64,000 nucleotides of DNA, taken from assembly GCA_031414775.1 (NCBI GenBank), contig JANOQI010000041.1:32001-96000 (forward strand). Reading direction: 5' to 3'. Origin of the DNA: Synechococcales cyanobacterium VAR_4_metabat_354 (GTDB lineage: Bacteria > Cyanobacteriota > Cyanobacteriia > Cyanobacteriales > Chamaesiphonaceae). Shown piece after piece: positions 1 to 10,558 of the stretch (positions within the stretch are counted from its first letter, which is position 1; every line of letters begins with the position of its first letter). Position numbers and translations under genes: made by a program. The notes below the pieces were generated by a model. It did no database searches. It was not told the DNA's origin and worked only from the letters and a program-made list of their open reading frames with translations.

Positions 1-2
1 TG

Positions 3-581
3 CTGTTTCCAGGACGGCCATTGCCGTTGCACATTTTTGAATTTCGCTATCGCATTATGATGCATACGATCATGGAGGCCGATCAGCGGTTTGGTATTTT
101 GATGTGGGATCCCGTCCGCGAAGAGCCAGCAGTGGTGGGCTGTTGCGCCGAAATTATTCACTTTCAACGGCTCCCTGATGATCGGATTAAAGTATTGACC
201 CTCGGCCAGCAGCGCTTTCGCGTTTTAGATTATGTCCGGGAAAAGCCCTACCGTGTTGGCTTAGTCGAATGGATTGAAGATGCTCCCACCCAGCAAGATC
301 TGACCAGCTTATCCAGCAACGTTGGTGAACTCTTGCAAGATGTGGTGAATCTGTCGGCCAAACTCACCGACCAATCGATCGAACTCCCCGAAAACCTGCC
401 TAGTTCGCCGATCGAACTTTCTTACTGGGTGGCCAGCAATCTTTATGGGGTTGCCGCTGAACAACAAGCGTTGCTGGAAATGCAAAATACTGGCGATCGA
501 CTAGAACGAGAAGCGGAGATCTTGCTCTCCACTCGCAATCATCTAGCCGCCCGCACCGCCCTGAAAGATGTGTTGAGTTAA
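3..581 (+). CDS. LON peptidase N-terminal (substrate-binding) domain protein, 5' end truncated by window edge
   Basis: Frame is open from position 3 (LFPGRPLPLHIFEFRYRIM), the typical LON-N opening motif. No AAA or protease domain follows. Confidence 0.85.
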   Translation: MFPGRPLPLHIFEFRYRIMMHTIMEADQRFGILMWDPVREEPAVVGCCAEIIHFQRLPDDRIKVLTLGQQRFRVLDYVREKPYRVGLVEWIEDAPTQQDLTSLSSNVGELLQDVVNLSAKLTDQSIELPENLPSSPIELSYWVASNLYGVAAEQQALLEMQNTGDRLEREAEILLSTRNHLAARTALKDVLS

Positions 582-1432
582 AAAGTATCCACCCGGTTCT
601 CGATCGAATCTTGAACATCTTGAGGGATATTTCTAAAAAAGTTATAACCAGTCAGCTTTTCCACCTCCCGCACTGTTTTCCGGTAAGCTCGCCAGGGATT
701 GCCCTTGATACCTTGGACATTCGGAATTACCACTGCAATCGCCCTGGTATCTTTGTTGATCCCCTTTAAACCAACTCCTAGCCGATCGTTTACTAGCACT
801 ACCTTCCAGGTATTAGCGGGGACTGGTTGGCCACTCGCTAGCTCGCGCCTAGCACCCTTGTCGCCCACCCCGCCCTGACCCTGCGGTCCAGCGATAATAT
901 ATAGCTCTTTGCCCTGTCTAACCAGTTGGCGACAATAGTTTTCTAGCTCCACCCACACGCCGCGATTGTTATCTGGTGCTTGGGGAATCATGTTAGTCAT
1001 CAAAAAAGTAGCAGAATTATCGATCGGATTGCTACTGCGATCTTCTGAGTTAGCCAAATGTCCTCGATCGAACCCACTGCCGGTGTAATCTTGTGGTCGG
1101 GTAGCTGACCAATCACTGGGCAAGTCGGGATCGACGCGAAAATTATTTTGACGACGACTAGTACCAGGTGCCGCCAAATTGCTGGTCTGTAATTGCCAAG
1201 ATACCCAGTTGGGGATTTTTTTGCTGCGCGAGTAAGACAACGCATACTGCGGTTTCAACATCAGATAATTTTCGGCATTATTAGTGGCGGTGGTAGCGTT
1301 GCTGGGATTTCCTAGTAATAGATGAGGATTACTGCTGGGTAGCTGAATTTGATCCTGCCCCCAACAACCCGTTAAAAAACACAACCACATGAACATAAGG
1401 CCATAACCTGTATATCGAAGAATTTGACGCAA
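578..1432 (-). CDS. nucA: DNA/RNA non-specific endonuclease (NucA family), probable lipoprotein
   Basis: FDRGHL active-site motif, ATFLMTNMIPQAPDNNRGVW and NWVSWQL. Hydrophobic N-terminus ends in LTGC lipobox. Start is uncertain (TTG 1432 chosen; ORF open to 1519). Confidence 0.85.
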   Translation of the reverse strand: MRQILRYTGYGLMFMWLCFLTGCWGQDQIQLPSSNPHLLLGNPSNATTATNNAENYLMLKPQYALSYSRSKKIPNWVSWQLQTSNLAAPGTSRRQNNFRVDPDLPSDWSATRPQDYTGSGFDRGHLANSEDRSSNPIDNSATFLMTNMIPQAPDNNRGVWVELENYCRQLVRQGKELYIIAGPQGQGGVGDKGARRELASGQPVPANTWKVVLVNDRLGVGLKGINKDTRAIAVVIPNVQGIKGNPWRAYRKTVREVEKLTGYNFFRNIPQDVQDSIENRVDTF

Positions 1433-1539
1433 AATAGGCACGGCGACAATCACTGTTAGACTAATCAGCAAATTAACATAAACTAGCCATTGAATAACTA
1501 ACCAGCTTTTACCGATCAAGTGTGAGGGGCAAAAATTAG

Positions 1540-2145
1540 ATGGCTGATCGATTGTGGAAATATATCACACCTGGTATTCCCGATGACTTATTTGAGCAAC
1601 TCCCCGGCATTCCAATGACCCAACGGGAGGTGCGGTTGCTGATGATTGCCGCACTTAAACTAGAAATTGATTCTACCGTTTGGGATATTGGGGCAGGGAC
1701 TGGCACCATTCCGGTGGAAACCGGTTTGCTCTGTACTCAAGGCCAAATTATCGCGATCGAACGGGATGAAGAAGTGGCCAGCTTAATTCGCCACAATTGT
1801 GATTTATTTGGGGTGACTAATGTCAAGATTATCGAAGGTAGTGCCCCGGAATGTTTGGCCGATATTTCTGAACGACCTCACCGGGTTTGTATTGAAGGTG
1901 GTCGATCGATCGCCGCCATCTTGGAGGCAGTGTGGCCACTCCTAGATTTCCAGGGTCGAGTAGTCGTCACTGCCAGCAATTTAGAAAACCTGTATGCCGT
2001 TTTGGATAGTTTTACCAAGCTGCATGGCCGTCATGTAGAAGTAGTCCAAGCGGCTATTAATCGGTTAGAAACCAGAGGCATGAATCGGAGTTTAGTCGCG
2101 GTGGACCCCATTTTTATCTTGAGTGCTCAAAAGCTAGATTCTTGA
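1540..2145 (+). CDS. cbiT: Precorrin-6Y C5,15-methyltransferase (decarboxylating) CbiT subunit
   Basis: PGIPDDLF, PMTQREVR and the WDIGAGTGTI SAM-binding motif. Confidence 0.9.
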   Translation: MADRLWKYITPGIPDDLFEQLPGIPMTQREVRLLMIAALKLEIDSTVWDIGAGTGTIPVETGLLCTQGQIIAIERDEEVASLIRHNCDLFGVTNVKIIEGSAPECLADISERPHRVCIEGGRSIAAILEAVWPLLDFQGRVVVTASNLENLYAVLDSFTKLHGRHVEVVQAAINRLETRGMNRSLVAVDPIFILSAQKLDS

Positions 2146-2223
2146 TTAGCCAAATTAATCCCTTGCGCTATCGGCTAAACATGACGCTAGAATTGGGGCT
2201 GTTAGAGATTTTGGTATTTGTGT

Positions 2224-2709
2224 ATGAACATCAAACGTCGTTCTTTTTTAACTTATTTGGGCGTAGGCTGGGCAGCTAGCTGCTTTCCCCTAGTGTTATC
2301 CGCCTGTAGTAGTGATAGTAAAACTGGAGACAAAAAGGCTGCTATTGATGCTGCCGATCTGTCATCGAAAGCCAATGCTGCCTCTGCTACCGACATCGCT
2401 GCCGCTGGTGGCTTTAAATCGGTAGGTACTGTTGCCCAACTGAATAAAGCTGGTAGCGTGGGGGTGGATAAAAAAGTCATAGTGATTCGCGATCCAGCCA
2501 ATAAAGCCAAACTGATTGCTGTCAATCCTACTTGTACTCATCAAGGCTGTATTGTGAAATGGGAAAGTAAAGCAAAGGATTTTGAATGTCCTTGTCACGA
2601 TGCCCGTTTTGCGACCGATGGCAAAGTCAAGAGCGGTCCGGCATCTAAACCGCTCGCTACCTATAGTGCGAAAATCGAAGGGGATAAAGTCCTAGTTAAA
2701 ATGGCTTAA
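2224..2709 (+). CDS. Small Rieske [2Fe-2S] protein (PetC3-like), Tat-exported lipoprotein
   Basis: CTHQGC and CPCHDARF Rieske boxes, KRRSFL Tat motif and LSAC lipobox. Confidence 0.85.
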   Translation: MNIKRRSFLTYLGVGWAASCFPLVLSACSSDSKTGDKKAAIDAADLSSKANAASATDIAAAGGFKSVGTVAQLNKAGSVGVDKKVIVIRDPANKAKLIAVNPTCTHQGCIVKWESKAKDFECPCHDARFATDGKVKSGPASKPLATYSAKIEGDKVLVKMA

Positions 2710-2735
2710 TAAATAAAATAGCCTCGGTCTTAAAT

Positions 2736-3455
2736 TTATCGCCCAGCATCAGGATTATTTAACTGGTAGCCTTTGCCGTAGACGGTATAAATTAGCTCTA
2801 ATTGTCCTGGCAAAGTCAGTTTGCGGCGTAATAATCTCATCAAAGCTGCTAGTACATTGCTATTCGGGATATTAGTATTTTTCCCCCATAAATGTTCGTG
2901 AATCTGCTGGTGAGTAACTAACTTACCAGCATTTTTCATCAGGTAGGCTAGCAATTGAGCCTCTTTCTCGGAAAGCTCGATCGTTTGGTCAGCCCAATAA
3001 GCTAGCTGACTGTCAGGATCTAGAATCAATTGACCCACTTGCAATTTAGGAGATCCAAAGTGACCAACTTTGGCCAAGCTATCTGCTTCTTCCGAGCGCC
3101 CTCGCCGCAGTAGGGCGCGGATTCTAGCCAAGAGTTCGCGCAGCTCGAAAGGCTTGACTAAATAATCATCAGCCCCGGCATCTAATCCCAGCACTCGATC
3201 GTCTAAAGTATCTTGCGCCGTTAAAAATAACACCGGCTTGGTGTTACCAGTGCCCCTTAGACCTTGGCAAATTTCGATACCAGTGACGATCGGCAGCACC
3301 CAATCGAGGATGTAAAGGTCGTAAGACTGATTGGTAGCAAGTTGCTGACCAGTCCAGCCATCAGTGGCTACATCAACCTCATAGCCTTCTTGCCGCAGAA
3401 CACGACTGAGTGGGTTAGTAAGCTCAATTTCGTCATCAACTAACAAAATATCCAT
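2736..3455 (-). CDS. OmpR/PhoB-family response regulator (RppA-like)
   Basis: ILLVDDE, LDWVLP and GADDYLVKPF receiver domain; C-terminal winged helix ending IYTVYGKGY. Confidence 0.85.
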   Translation of the reverse strand: MDILLVDDEIELTNPLSRVLRQEGYEVDVATDGWTGQQLATNQSYDLYILDWVLPIVTGIEICQGLRGTGNTKPVLFLTAQDTLDDRVLGLDAGADDYLVKPFELRELLARIRALLRRGRSEEADSLAKVGHFGSPKLQVGQLILDPDSQLAYWADQTIELSEKEAQLLAYLMKNAGKLVTHQQIHEHLWGKNTNIPNSNVLAALMRLLRRKLTLPGQLELIYTVYGKGYQLNNPDAGR

Positions 3456-3677
3456 GTCCAGTCAGCAATTTGTGGGATTGTTTATTCTAAATTAACAACA
3501 AGGTCAGGTTCTCTGGGTATTATACTGTTGACTATATCTCACAAGGTAAATTTGCACTTTTGAGCTAGAACCCAGTTTAGCTCTTGAGTTACTACACATT
3601 CAATCTGGAATAGTAGATTGAATTAAAATCAGAGTGCTAATTGTATTTTTTCTTTCGTTGAGGCCAATCAGCCAGCC

Positions 3678-5321
3678 ATGCAACCAGCAATTCCATTAGG
3701 AACACTGCTTCAAAAGCGTTACCGTGTTACCAAAGTTCTCGGTCAAGGAGGATTTGGCCGCACCTACTTGGCGCAGGATACAGCTTGTTTCGATGAGCTG
3801 TGCGTGCTGAAAGAATTCACTCCCAACGAACGCGGACGTGACTCTCTCAAAAAAGCCAGGGAACTGTTTCAGCGCGAAGCCAAAACTCTGCACCGCGTTA
3901 GCCATCCCCAAATCCCTAGTTTTCGTGCCAACTTTGAGGAAGCGAAACGCCTATTTCTGGTACAAGAATATGCCGAAGGTAAAACTTATGCCAAAATTCT
4001 AGGTGAAAGGATCAGAGAATCCAAGACTTTTACCGAAGAAGAAGCCATTACCTTTTTGTACCAGATGCTGCCTATTCTCACGAATATTCACAATCAAGGC
4101 ATTGTTCATCGGGATATTTCACCTGACAATATCATTCTGCGCGAGTCCGACCAGCTGCCCGTTTTAATCGATTTTGGGGTAGTCAAAGCAGGGGTACAAA
4201 ACCTAGAGGCCGCCGGTGGAGAGATTGGCCAACAGGGGACTACGGTTGGGAAAGCAGGTTACGCTCCCAATGAACAGTTACAAACTGGTGAAGCCTATGC
4301 CAACAGTGACTTATATGCTTTGGCGGTGACTGTAGTTGTTATGATGACCGGTCGGAAACCAGAAAGCCTGATTGATAAATCCACCATGACTTGGAAGTGG
4401 CAACAATTGCTTCCTACCATTAGCCCTTGGTTTGCGAAGGTGCTGATGCGAATGATGAGTTATCGTCCTAACAACCGCTATCAATCAGCCAAGGAGGTTA
4501 GTCAAGCGCTGCGGGCAGTAGAAGATGTAATTGGTAGCGCTTCCGGATTTGCGGCTGACCATATTGCCCCGTCTACTGGTGGTCAATCGAACAACAAATC
4601 TTTTTCGCCATCTGGCAATAAGTACAAGAATTATGCCTCTAAGTATCGACAGCGGAGTCAGTTATGGACTAATCCTTGGGCCTTATCGGCGGCTGGCGGT
4701 ATTATTATTTTGGTTCCTTTCATCATCCTGAAAAACTTCTTTTTGTCTGGAACTGAGCCAGCGCTGACACCGAAGCCGACTCCTGCCATTGTCAGCGACT
4801 CGGCTAATCCTAATCCCAGTATGCCCCCGTCACCGATTGTGGCGCAGCCAGTACCAGTGCCAGCATCACCATCAGCAGTTGTTTCCACTGAGATAGTATC
4901 CTTATTGCCCTGGCAGCCTTCGTTGGTGAAGCAAGGCTCCATCAAAGAGAATCAAACGATCATTTACCAAATTAGTAATCTGATCCAAGGTCAAAAGTTG
5001 GTAGCTAATTTGGAAGGGATCACGCAGATGAATATATTGGCGCCCAATCGAGCGCCGATCGATTTCCAGTCCCAGAAAGTTAATAAGTGGCAGGGCAACA
5101 TTCCTACCAATGGTGATTACTATGTGGAAATATCTTTACCACCGGAGCTAAATACCTCTAGTGGCAACTATAAGCTCACCTTGAGCGGTAATAGTGCCAC
5201 CCCAGCTCCGCTGCCAACTACCAGCAGTCTATTTCCGGAAACACCTGCTTTGAATTTACCAGATAGCGCTAAACCTAATGCTCCGAAACCTCCTCGTAGT
5301 AATCCATCAATTAGTCCGTGA
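3678..5321 (+). CDS. Membrane-anchored Hanks-type Ser/Thr protein kinase
   Basis: LGQGGFGRTY, VLKE, HRDISPDNI and LIDFG motifs, then one TM helix and a Pro-rich C-terminal region with a PPC-like beta domain. Confidence 0.9.
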   Translation: MQPAIPLGTLLQKRYRVTKVLGQGGFGRTYLAQDTACFDELCVLKEFTPNERGRDSLKKARELFQREAKTLHRVSHPQIPSFRANFEEAKRLFLVQEYAEGKTYAKILGERIRESKTFTEEEAITFLYQMLPILTNIHNQGIVHRDISPDNIILRESDQLPVLIDFGVVKAGVQNLEAAGGEIGQQGTTVGKAGYAPNEQLQTGEAYANSDLYALAVTVVVMMTGRKPESLIDKSTMTWKWQQLLPTISPWFAKVLMRMMSYRPNNRYQSAKEVSQALRAVEDVIGSASGFAADHIAPSTGGQSNNKSFSPSGNKYKNYASKYRQRSQLWTNPWALSAAGGIIILVPFIILKNFFLSGTEPALTPKPTPAIVSDSANPNPSMPPSPIVAQPVPVPASPSAVVSTEIVSLLPWQPSLVKQGSIKENQTIIYQISNLIQGQKLVANLEGITQMNILAPNRAPIDFQSQKVNKWQGNIPTNGDYYVEISLPPELNTSSGNYKLTLSGNSATPAPLPTTSSLFPETPALNLPDSAKPNAPKPPRSNPSISP

Positions 5322-5965
5322 AGGGTAAAGCTCTAGCCTTATGTTTCACGATCGGTTGTTTGTTATTGACGATTGCTGGTGCCTATTATCTGGGCGGAGT
5401 TAATCCCCAAGTTTTACAGAGATGGTTGACTAGTGTTGGAATCTGGGCACCACTCATCTATATTTTGGTCTATACGATCGGCACTTTGTTAATGTTGCCC
5501 TCTACCCCTTTGAACTTATCGGGGGGAGCGGTTTTTGGGGTGGTATGGGGGACTGTGTGGACGACAGTCGGGGCGATCGTCGCGGCTGTTATTTCTTTTT
5601 GGTTTAGCCGCACTATTGGTCGTAATTATGTCCATCGTAAATTTGCTCAGCGCTGGGCAAGGATTGATCGAGAGATAAGTGTTGGTGGCATTTACTATGT
5701 AATCGCCGTCCGGCTGCTGCCTTTACTGCCCTATGGTTTGGTTAACTTTGGGGCGGGATTAACTTCCATCCGGTTTCGAGACTATCTATGGGGTACGATT
5801 ATTGGTACCGCACCAGGATTAGTTCCATTTGTAATGATGGGTAGCGGTTTGACAGCGCTGCGCCGGGGTGACTTGTGGCCGTTGGCAGTTTCTTCAAGTT
5901 TAATTGGACTATCGGTAGGAGCGGCAACTTGGTATCAACGACGGCACCAGGAACAGCGCAAATAG
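5318..5965 (+). CDS. TVP38/TMEM64 (DedA/SNARE-associated) membrane protein
   Basis: Multiple TM helices with RLLPLLPYGLVNFGAGLT and YLWGTIIGTAPG. Overlaps the kinase stop (GTGA). Confidence 0.85.
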   Translation: MKGKALALCFTIGCLLLTIAGAYYLGGVNPQVLQRWLTSVGIWAPLIYILVYTIGTLLMLPSTPLNLSGGAVFGVVWGTVWTTVGAIVAAVISFWFSRTIGRNYVHRKFAQRWARIDREISVGGIYYVIAVRLLPLLPYGLVNFGAGLTSIRFRDYLWGTIIGTAPGLVPFVMMGSGLTALRRGDLWPLAVSSSLIGLSVGAATWYQRRHQEQRK

Positions 5966-6026
5966 TTGAGACCAAAGTGATACCCTAGAGGGTGATTAAT
6001 CGTAATACAGTCTGAAATGTTTCGAT

Positions 6027-7775
6027 ATGCACGAGCCGAATTCTTCCGTCCGCCGAAAACGCCGCCGCCGACCAAACCCCAAACTTCGGCGATCGATCGC
6101 TGGAATTGTGGCAGCAGTGGCAACGGCGATGGGAATTTACCTGGCATTTGCGAATCGATCGACTAACTCTAAACTAGATATCCCCCTGGGAGCAAATTAC
6201 TTACCAGCAAACACCCTGGTGGCTGTGACACTATCGACCGATCGCCAGCGGTGGCAGCAGCTCCAACAGCTTGGTACTCCCCACAGTCGGGCAGTGGTTA
6301 CCCAAGAATTGGCTAAGTGGCAGCAAGAGTTTTTTACCGATCATGGCCTAGACTTCGAGCGCGATATTCAGCCAGTGGTCGGCTCCGGGATCGCGGTGGC
6401 TTACCTCGCGCCGCCGACTGCGCCCACTGCTAGTAGTAAAAATTCAGCACCAGTTAAAAATCTGCCGATCGTCTTGCTACCAATGAATTCAGATACGGCG
6501 GCAACCCAGTTATTCGCCAAAACTAAAGTCTCTAATGGTGGCCAAGACAAAGCAGTAGAAAGTATCTACAAAGGAGTAACGCTCCAAGAAAGCACCCACA
6601 ATAACAACACTTTGGTAGTGGCTATCGTCGAGCGAGTGGCGTTGTTTAGCCCCAGTGTGCAAGCGGTTGAACAATCGATCGATGCCTTTAAATCTGGCAA
6701 AACTTTAGCAAAAACACCTGGCTATACTCCCGCCTGGGGTGCGATATCTATGAACCAGCCCCTAGCTCAAGTCTATGTGAATGTGCCCTTGGCCGTGGCT
6801 CATAATACTAGTATTTCGACTCCGGATAAGTTAGCGCAATCCCCGCAGCAACAAAGTTTGGCCGCTAATATCAATCTCGATGGCAATCTGATTACCAGTA
6901 AAGGTATTTCTTGGTGGCAATCCCCGCAGCCTACGAGTCTAGTCCCTAGTAAAAATAGTCCAGATTTTGGTCATCGCCTGCCCGAAAACACGGTGATGAT
7001 GATTTCCGGTAATAGTTTGGCGCAGTTGTGGGCAGATTATTTGCCTTTGGCGAATAAAAATCCGGCAGCACCAATATCCCCAGAAATAGTAGTTGATGGT
7101 CTTAAATCGACCACTGGCCTAGACTTAACAACTGATATTTTGGCTTGGAGCAAAAATGAATTTTTACTAGCTCTGGTACCGGCCGATCAACCGAGCCAAA
7201 ATTTTTTAGGTGGTTCCTTACTGTTAATGTTGAAGCCCTCCGATCGATCAGCTGCTGAAGCGACTTTCCACAAGTTGGATCAGGCGATGGCTAGTCGTTA
7301 CCAATTTCAGGTGGCCAAGACCAATACTAAAAATACTGATGTGGTCAATTGGTCTTCACCAATCGGTGGGGTGAATGCCACCCATGGTTGGCTCTCCGAT
7401 AACTTGGCCTTTCTAGCCTTGGGCACACCAGTTACTGATCAATTTCTACCGCAACCAGCAGCGGCTTTGGCTAATAATAAACAGTTTCAACAGGTGATGA
7501 AATCGGAAATCTCTCCGTACAATGGTCAATTTTTCATTAATTTAGACAAGATGTCGCCATCACAGCGGGCTTTGCTACCACAGCTCACCCCAACGGCTCA
7601 ATCGATCATGAGTGGAATTAATTCAATCGGTCTCACTAGCAATGCCAGTAGCAATGTTACTAATCGCTTTGACCTATCAGTCTCCTTGAAGCAGGTCGCT
7701 GCCGGAACATCTGCTAATTCCTCGTCTAGTAGCGGTTCTCTGGTCAGTCCAGGTTCTAATTCCAACTCTCGTTAA
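6027..7775 (+). CDS. DUF3352-like cyanobacterial exported protein
   Basis: Basic N-terminus plus TM anchor; LDFERDIQP and GLDLTTDILAW resemble DUF3352. Confidence 0.65.
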   Translation: MHEPNSSVRRKRRRRPNPKLRRSIAGIVAAVATAMGIYLAFANRSTNSKLDIPLGANYLPANTLVAVTLSTDRQRWQQLQQLGTPHSRAVVTQELAKWQQEFFTDHGLDFERDIQPVVGSGIAVAYLAPPTAPTASSKNSAPVKNLPIVLLPMNSDTAATQLFAKTKVSNGGQDKAVESIYKGVTLQESTHNNNTLVVAIVERVALFSPSVQAVEQSIDAFKSGKTLAKTPGYTPAWGAISMNQPLAQVYVNVPLAVAHNTSISTPDKLAQSPQQQSLAANINLDGNLITSKGISWWQSPQPTSLVPSKNSPDFGHRLPENTVMMISGNSLAQLWADYLPLANKNPAAPISPEIVVDGLKSTTGLDLTTDILAWSKNEFLLALVPADQPSQNFLGGSLLLMLKPSDRSAAEATFHKLDQAMASRYQFQVAKTNTKNTDVVNWSSPIGGVNATHGWLSDNLAFLALGTPVTDQFLPQPAAALANNKQFQQVMKSEISPYNGQFFINLDKMSPSQRALLPQLTPTAQSIMSGINSIGLTSNASSNVTNRFDLSVSLKQVAAGTSANSSSSSGSLVSPGSNSNSR

Positions 7776-7909
7776 TTCTTATCAATGAGCACAAATACTT
7801 AGTGATTTCTGAATTGGCGATATGCCAAGACCGCTTTGTGGTTAAATTATGGGTAGCTGAGAATTCGACACAAAACTAAACATTTTTATTAATAAAGGAG
7901 ATTAATTAT

Positions 7910-9112
7910 ATGACTAAAAAATCTGTAGCTAGCTTATCGGCAGCGGACTTAACTGGTAAGCGCGTTTTAGTACGGGCTGATTTTAATGTGCCAGTTGATG
8001 ACAATGGCAAAATCACCGATGATACGCGCATTCGGGCGGCATTACCCACTATTAAAGATTTAACTGGTAAGGGTGCGATCGTGATTTTATGTAGTCACTT
8101 TGGTCGGCCAAAAGGTGTAGATGAAAAGTTGCGATTGACTCCGGTAGTAGCGCGCTTATCAGAGTTGCTGGGTCAGAATGTCGTGAAATGCAATGACTGT
8201 ATTGGTGATGAAGTAGCAGCGCAAGTTGGAGCCATGACCAACGGTCAAGTAGCACTGCTCGAAAACGTTCGTTTTTATCCAGAAGAAGAAAAGAACGATC
8301 CAGAATTTGCCAAAAAGCTGGCTTCGATCGCTGATGTCTATGTGAATGATGCCTTTGGTACTGCTCACCGCGCCCACGCTTCGACCGAAGGGGTGACCAA
8401 GTATTTGAGGCCTGCGGTAGCTGGTTATTTGATTGAAAGCGAACTGAAGTATTTGCAAACTGCGATCGAATCCCCCAAACGGCCATTGGCAGCAATTGTC
8501 GGTGGTTCTAAGGTTTCGAGCAAGATTGGTGTGATTGAAACGCTGTTAGACAAATGCGACAAACTGTTTTTGGGCGGCGGCATGATTTTTACTTTCTATA
8601 AAGCGCGGGGCTTGAAGGTTGGTAAATCTTTGGTAGAAGAAGATAAGCTAGAATTAGCCCGGACACTGGAAGCCAAAGCCAAAGAAAAGGGTGTACAGCT
8701 GATTTTACCGACAGATGTAGTGGTCGCTGATAACTTTGCCCCTGATGCCAATTCCCAGATTGTGGATATCAATAATATCCCTGATGGCTGGATGGGTTTA
8801 GATATTGGTCCAGATTCGATCAAAGCTTTCCAATCGGCCTTAGCTGACTGTCAGTCAGTGATTTGGAATGGCCCCATGGGTGTATTTGAGTTTGATAAGT
8901 TTGCCGCTGGTACTGAGGCTGTTGCTCACACCCTAGCGGAAATTTCGGCGCAGGGTGCGATCACTATTATTGGTGGTGGCGACTCGGTAGCCGCTGTTGA
9001 GAAGGTCGGCTTGGCGGATAAGATGAGCCACATTTCTACTGGTGGTGGAGCTTCCTTGGAACTTTTGGAAGGTAAGGTGTTACCTGGGATTGCAGCTCTC
9101 GACGAAGCGTAA
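7910..9112 (+). CDS. pgk: Phosphoglycerate kinase
   Basis: [28 protein letters not shown] and [24 protein letters not shown]. Confidence 0.98.
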   Translation: MTKKSVASLSAADLTGKRVLVRADFNVPVDDNGKITDDTRIRAALPTIKDLTGKGAIVILCSHFGRPKGVDEKLRLTPVVARLSELLGQNVVKCNDCIGDEVAAQVGAMTNGQVALLENVRFYPEEEKNDPEFAKKLASIADVYVNDAFGTAHRAHASTEGVTKYLRPAVAGYLIESELKYLQTAIESPKRPLAAIVGGSKVSSKIGVIETLLDKCDKLFLGGGMIFTFYKARGLKVGKSLVEEDKLELARTLEAKAKEKGVQLILPTDVVVADNFAPDANSQIVDINNIPDGWMGLDIGPDSIKAFQSALADCQSVIWNGPMGVFEFDKFAAGTEAVAHTLAEISAQGAITIIGGGDSVAAVEKVGLADKMSHISTGGGASLELLEGKVLPGIAALDEA

Positions 9113-9121
9113 GCACTATTA

Positions 9122-9165
9122 CACACTACTACTAGCGGCCTGGTTGCTAGTAGTGGTGTTTTTTT
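9122..9165 (+). terminator. Intrinsic terminator of pgk
   Basis: Stem CACTACTACTAGC / GCTAGTAGTGGTG (one G-U pair) followed by a T7 tract. Confidence 0.8.
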
Positions 9166-9280
9166 ATGTAGAATTACGGTCATTAGTAGATCGACTCACC
9201 AAACTAGTCTTGTAGCTTAATAAATATGTTGCGATCCCCATCTATGTCAAAATAAAGTGAAACAATTTCTGCCACCAACC

Positions 9281-10555
9281 ATGACTACCCGCCGCCAATT
9301 TATCGCCTACTCTGGCTTAAGTATTCTTTCTGGATCGATCGTCAGCTGCACTGGTGGTCAAAAAGCAGGTGGTAGCGGCGAAATTGAATTCTGGACAATG
9401 CAATTGCAGCCCAAGTTTACCAGCTACTTCCAAGACTTAATTGCCAAATTTGAGCAAGCCAATCCCGGCACTAAAGTAAAATGGGTCGATGTACCCTGGT
9501 CAGGGATGGAAAGCAAAATTCTAGCCGCGATGCAGGCTAAAACAGCCCCAGATGTGGTGAATCTTAACCCAGATTTTGCCGCCCAGCTCGCCGCTAGAAA
9601 TGCTTGGCTGGAACTAGATAGCAAACTGCTTAATGGTGAGAGTAAACAGTACTTACCAGGCATGTGGAAAGCTAATACTTTAGGCGATAAAAGCTTTGGC
9701 TTGCCTTGGTATATCACCACCAACGTTACTATTTACAATCAAGAACTATTCAAAAAAGCCGGGATTACTCAGCCACCAAAAACTTACCAGGAACTAGCGC
9801 AGGTAGCCAAGCAGATCAAAGACAAAACCGGAAAATATGCTTTCTTTGCCACCCTCGTACCAGAGGATGCCAATGACGTGCTGGAGTCTTTGGTACAGAT
9901 GGGAGTTGAATTAGTGAACTCCTCTGGTCAAGCCGCTTTTGATACACCTGTTGGCCAAGCCGCTTTTCAATATTGGGTGGATTTGTATAAGCAAGGTTTA
10001 TTGCCCAAAGAAATTCTCACTCAAGGTCATAAACAGGGAATGCAGCTCTATCAATCGGGAGAAACCGCCTTACTATCAGCCGGTGCGCCAGCCGTTAATG
10101 ATATTGCTAAAAATGCCCCCCAGATTGCTAAGGTATCAGCGATTGCTTCCCAAATTTCTGGTCAGACAGGCAAAATTAGTGTGGCCGTTATGAATATGGT
10201 CGTGCCCCGCACCACCAAAAATCCAGATGCTGCTGTGAAATTCGCCTTGTTTGTGACCAATGCTGCCAATCAATTAGCCTTTGCCAATAATTCTGATACT
10301 CTGCCTTCACAAATACAGGCGATTGCCGACTATCAAACTAAAATGAAAACTAGTGACAATTCGGCACTGGCACAGGGTAAAGCAATCAGTGCTGGTCAAC
10401 TAAGCAAAGCCGAAGTATTGATTCCGCCCATGAAAGATATTGGGTTACTCAAAAAAGCGATCTATGAAAATCTTCAGGCCGCGATGCTAGGTGAAAAAAC
10501 TGTTGATCAGGCCATTAAGTTGGCCATGAAAACTTGGGATAATCGAACTAAATAG
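9281..10555 (+). CDS. Carbohydrate-type ABC transporter substrate-binding lipoprotein
   Basis: TRRQFI Tat motif with lipobox Cys; IEFWTMQL, APDVVNLN and PPKTYQEL family-1 SBP motifs. Confidence 0.85.
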   Translation: MTTRRQFIAYSGLSILSGSIVSCTGGQKAGGSGEIEFWTMQLQPKFTSYFQDLIAKFEQANPGTKVKWVDVPWSGMESKILAAMQAKTAPDVVNLNPDFAAQLAARNAWLELDSKLLNGESKQYLPGMWKANTLGDKSFGLPWYITTNVTIYNQELFKKAGITQPPKTYQELAQVAKQIKDKTGKYAFFATLVPEDANDVLESLVQMGVELVNSSGQAAFDTPVGQAAFQYWVDLYKQGLLPKEILTQGHKQGMQLYQSGETALLSAGAPAVNDIAKNAPQIAKVSAIASQISGQTGKISVAVMNMVVPRTTKNPDAAVKFALFVTNAANQLAFANNSDTLPSQIQAIADYQTKMKTSDNSALAQGKAISAGQLSKAEVLIPPMKDIGLLKKAIYENLQAAMLGEKTVDQAIKLAMKTWDNRTK

Positions 10556-10558
10556 TCA

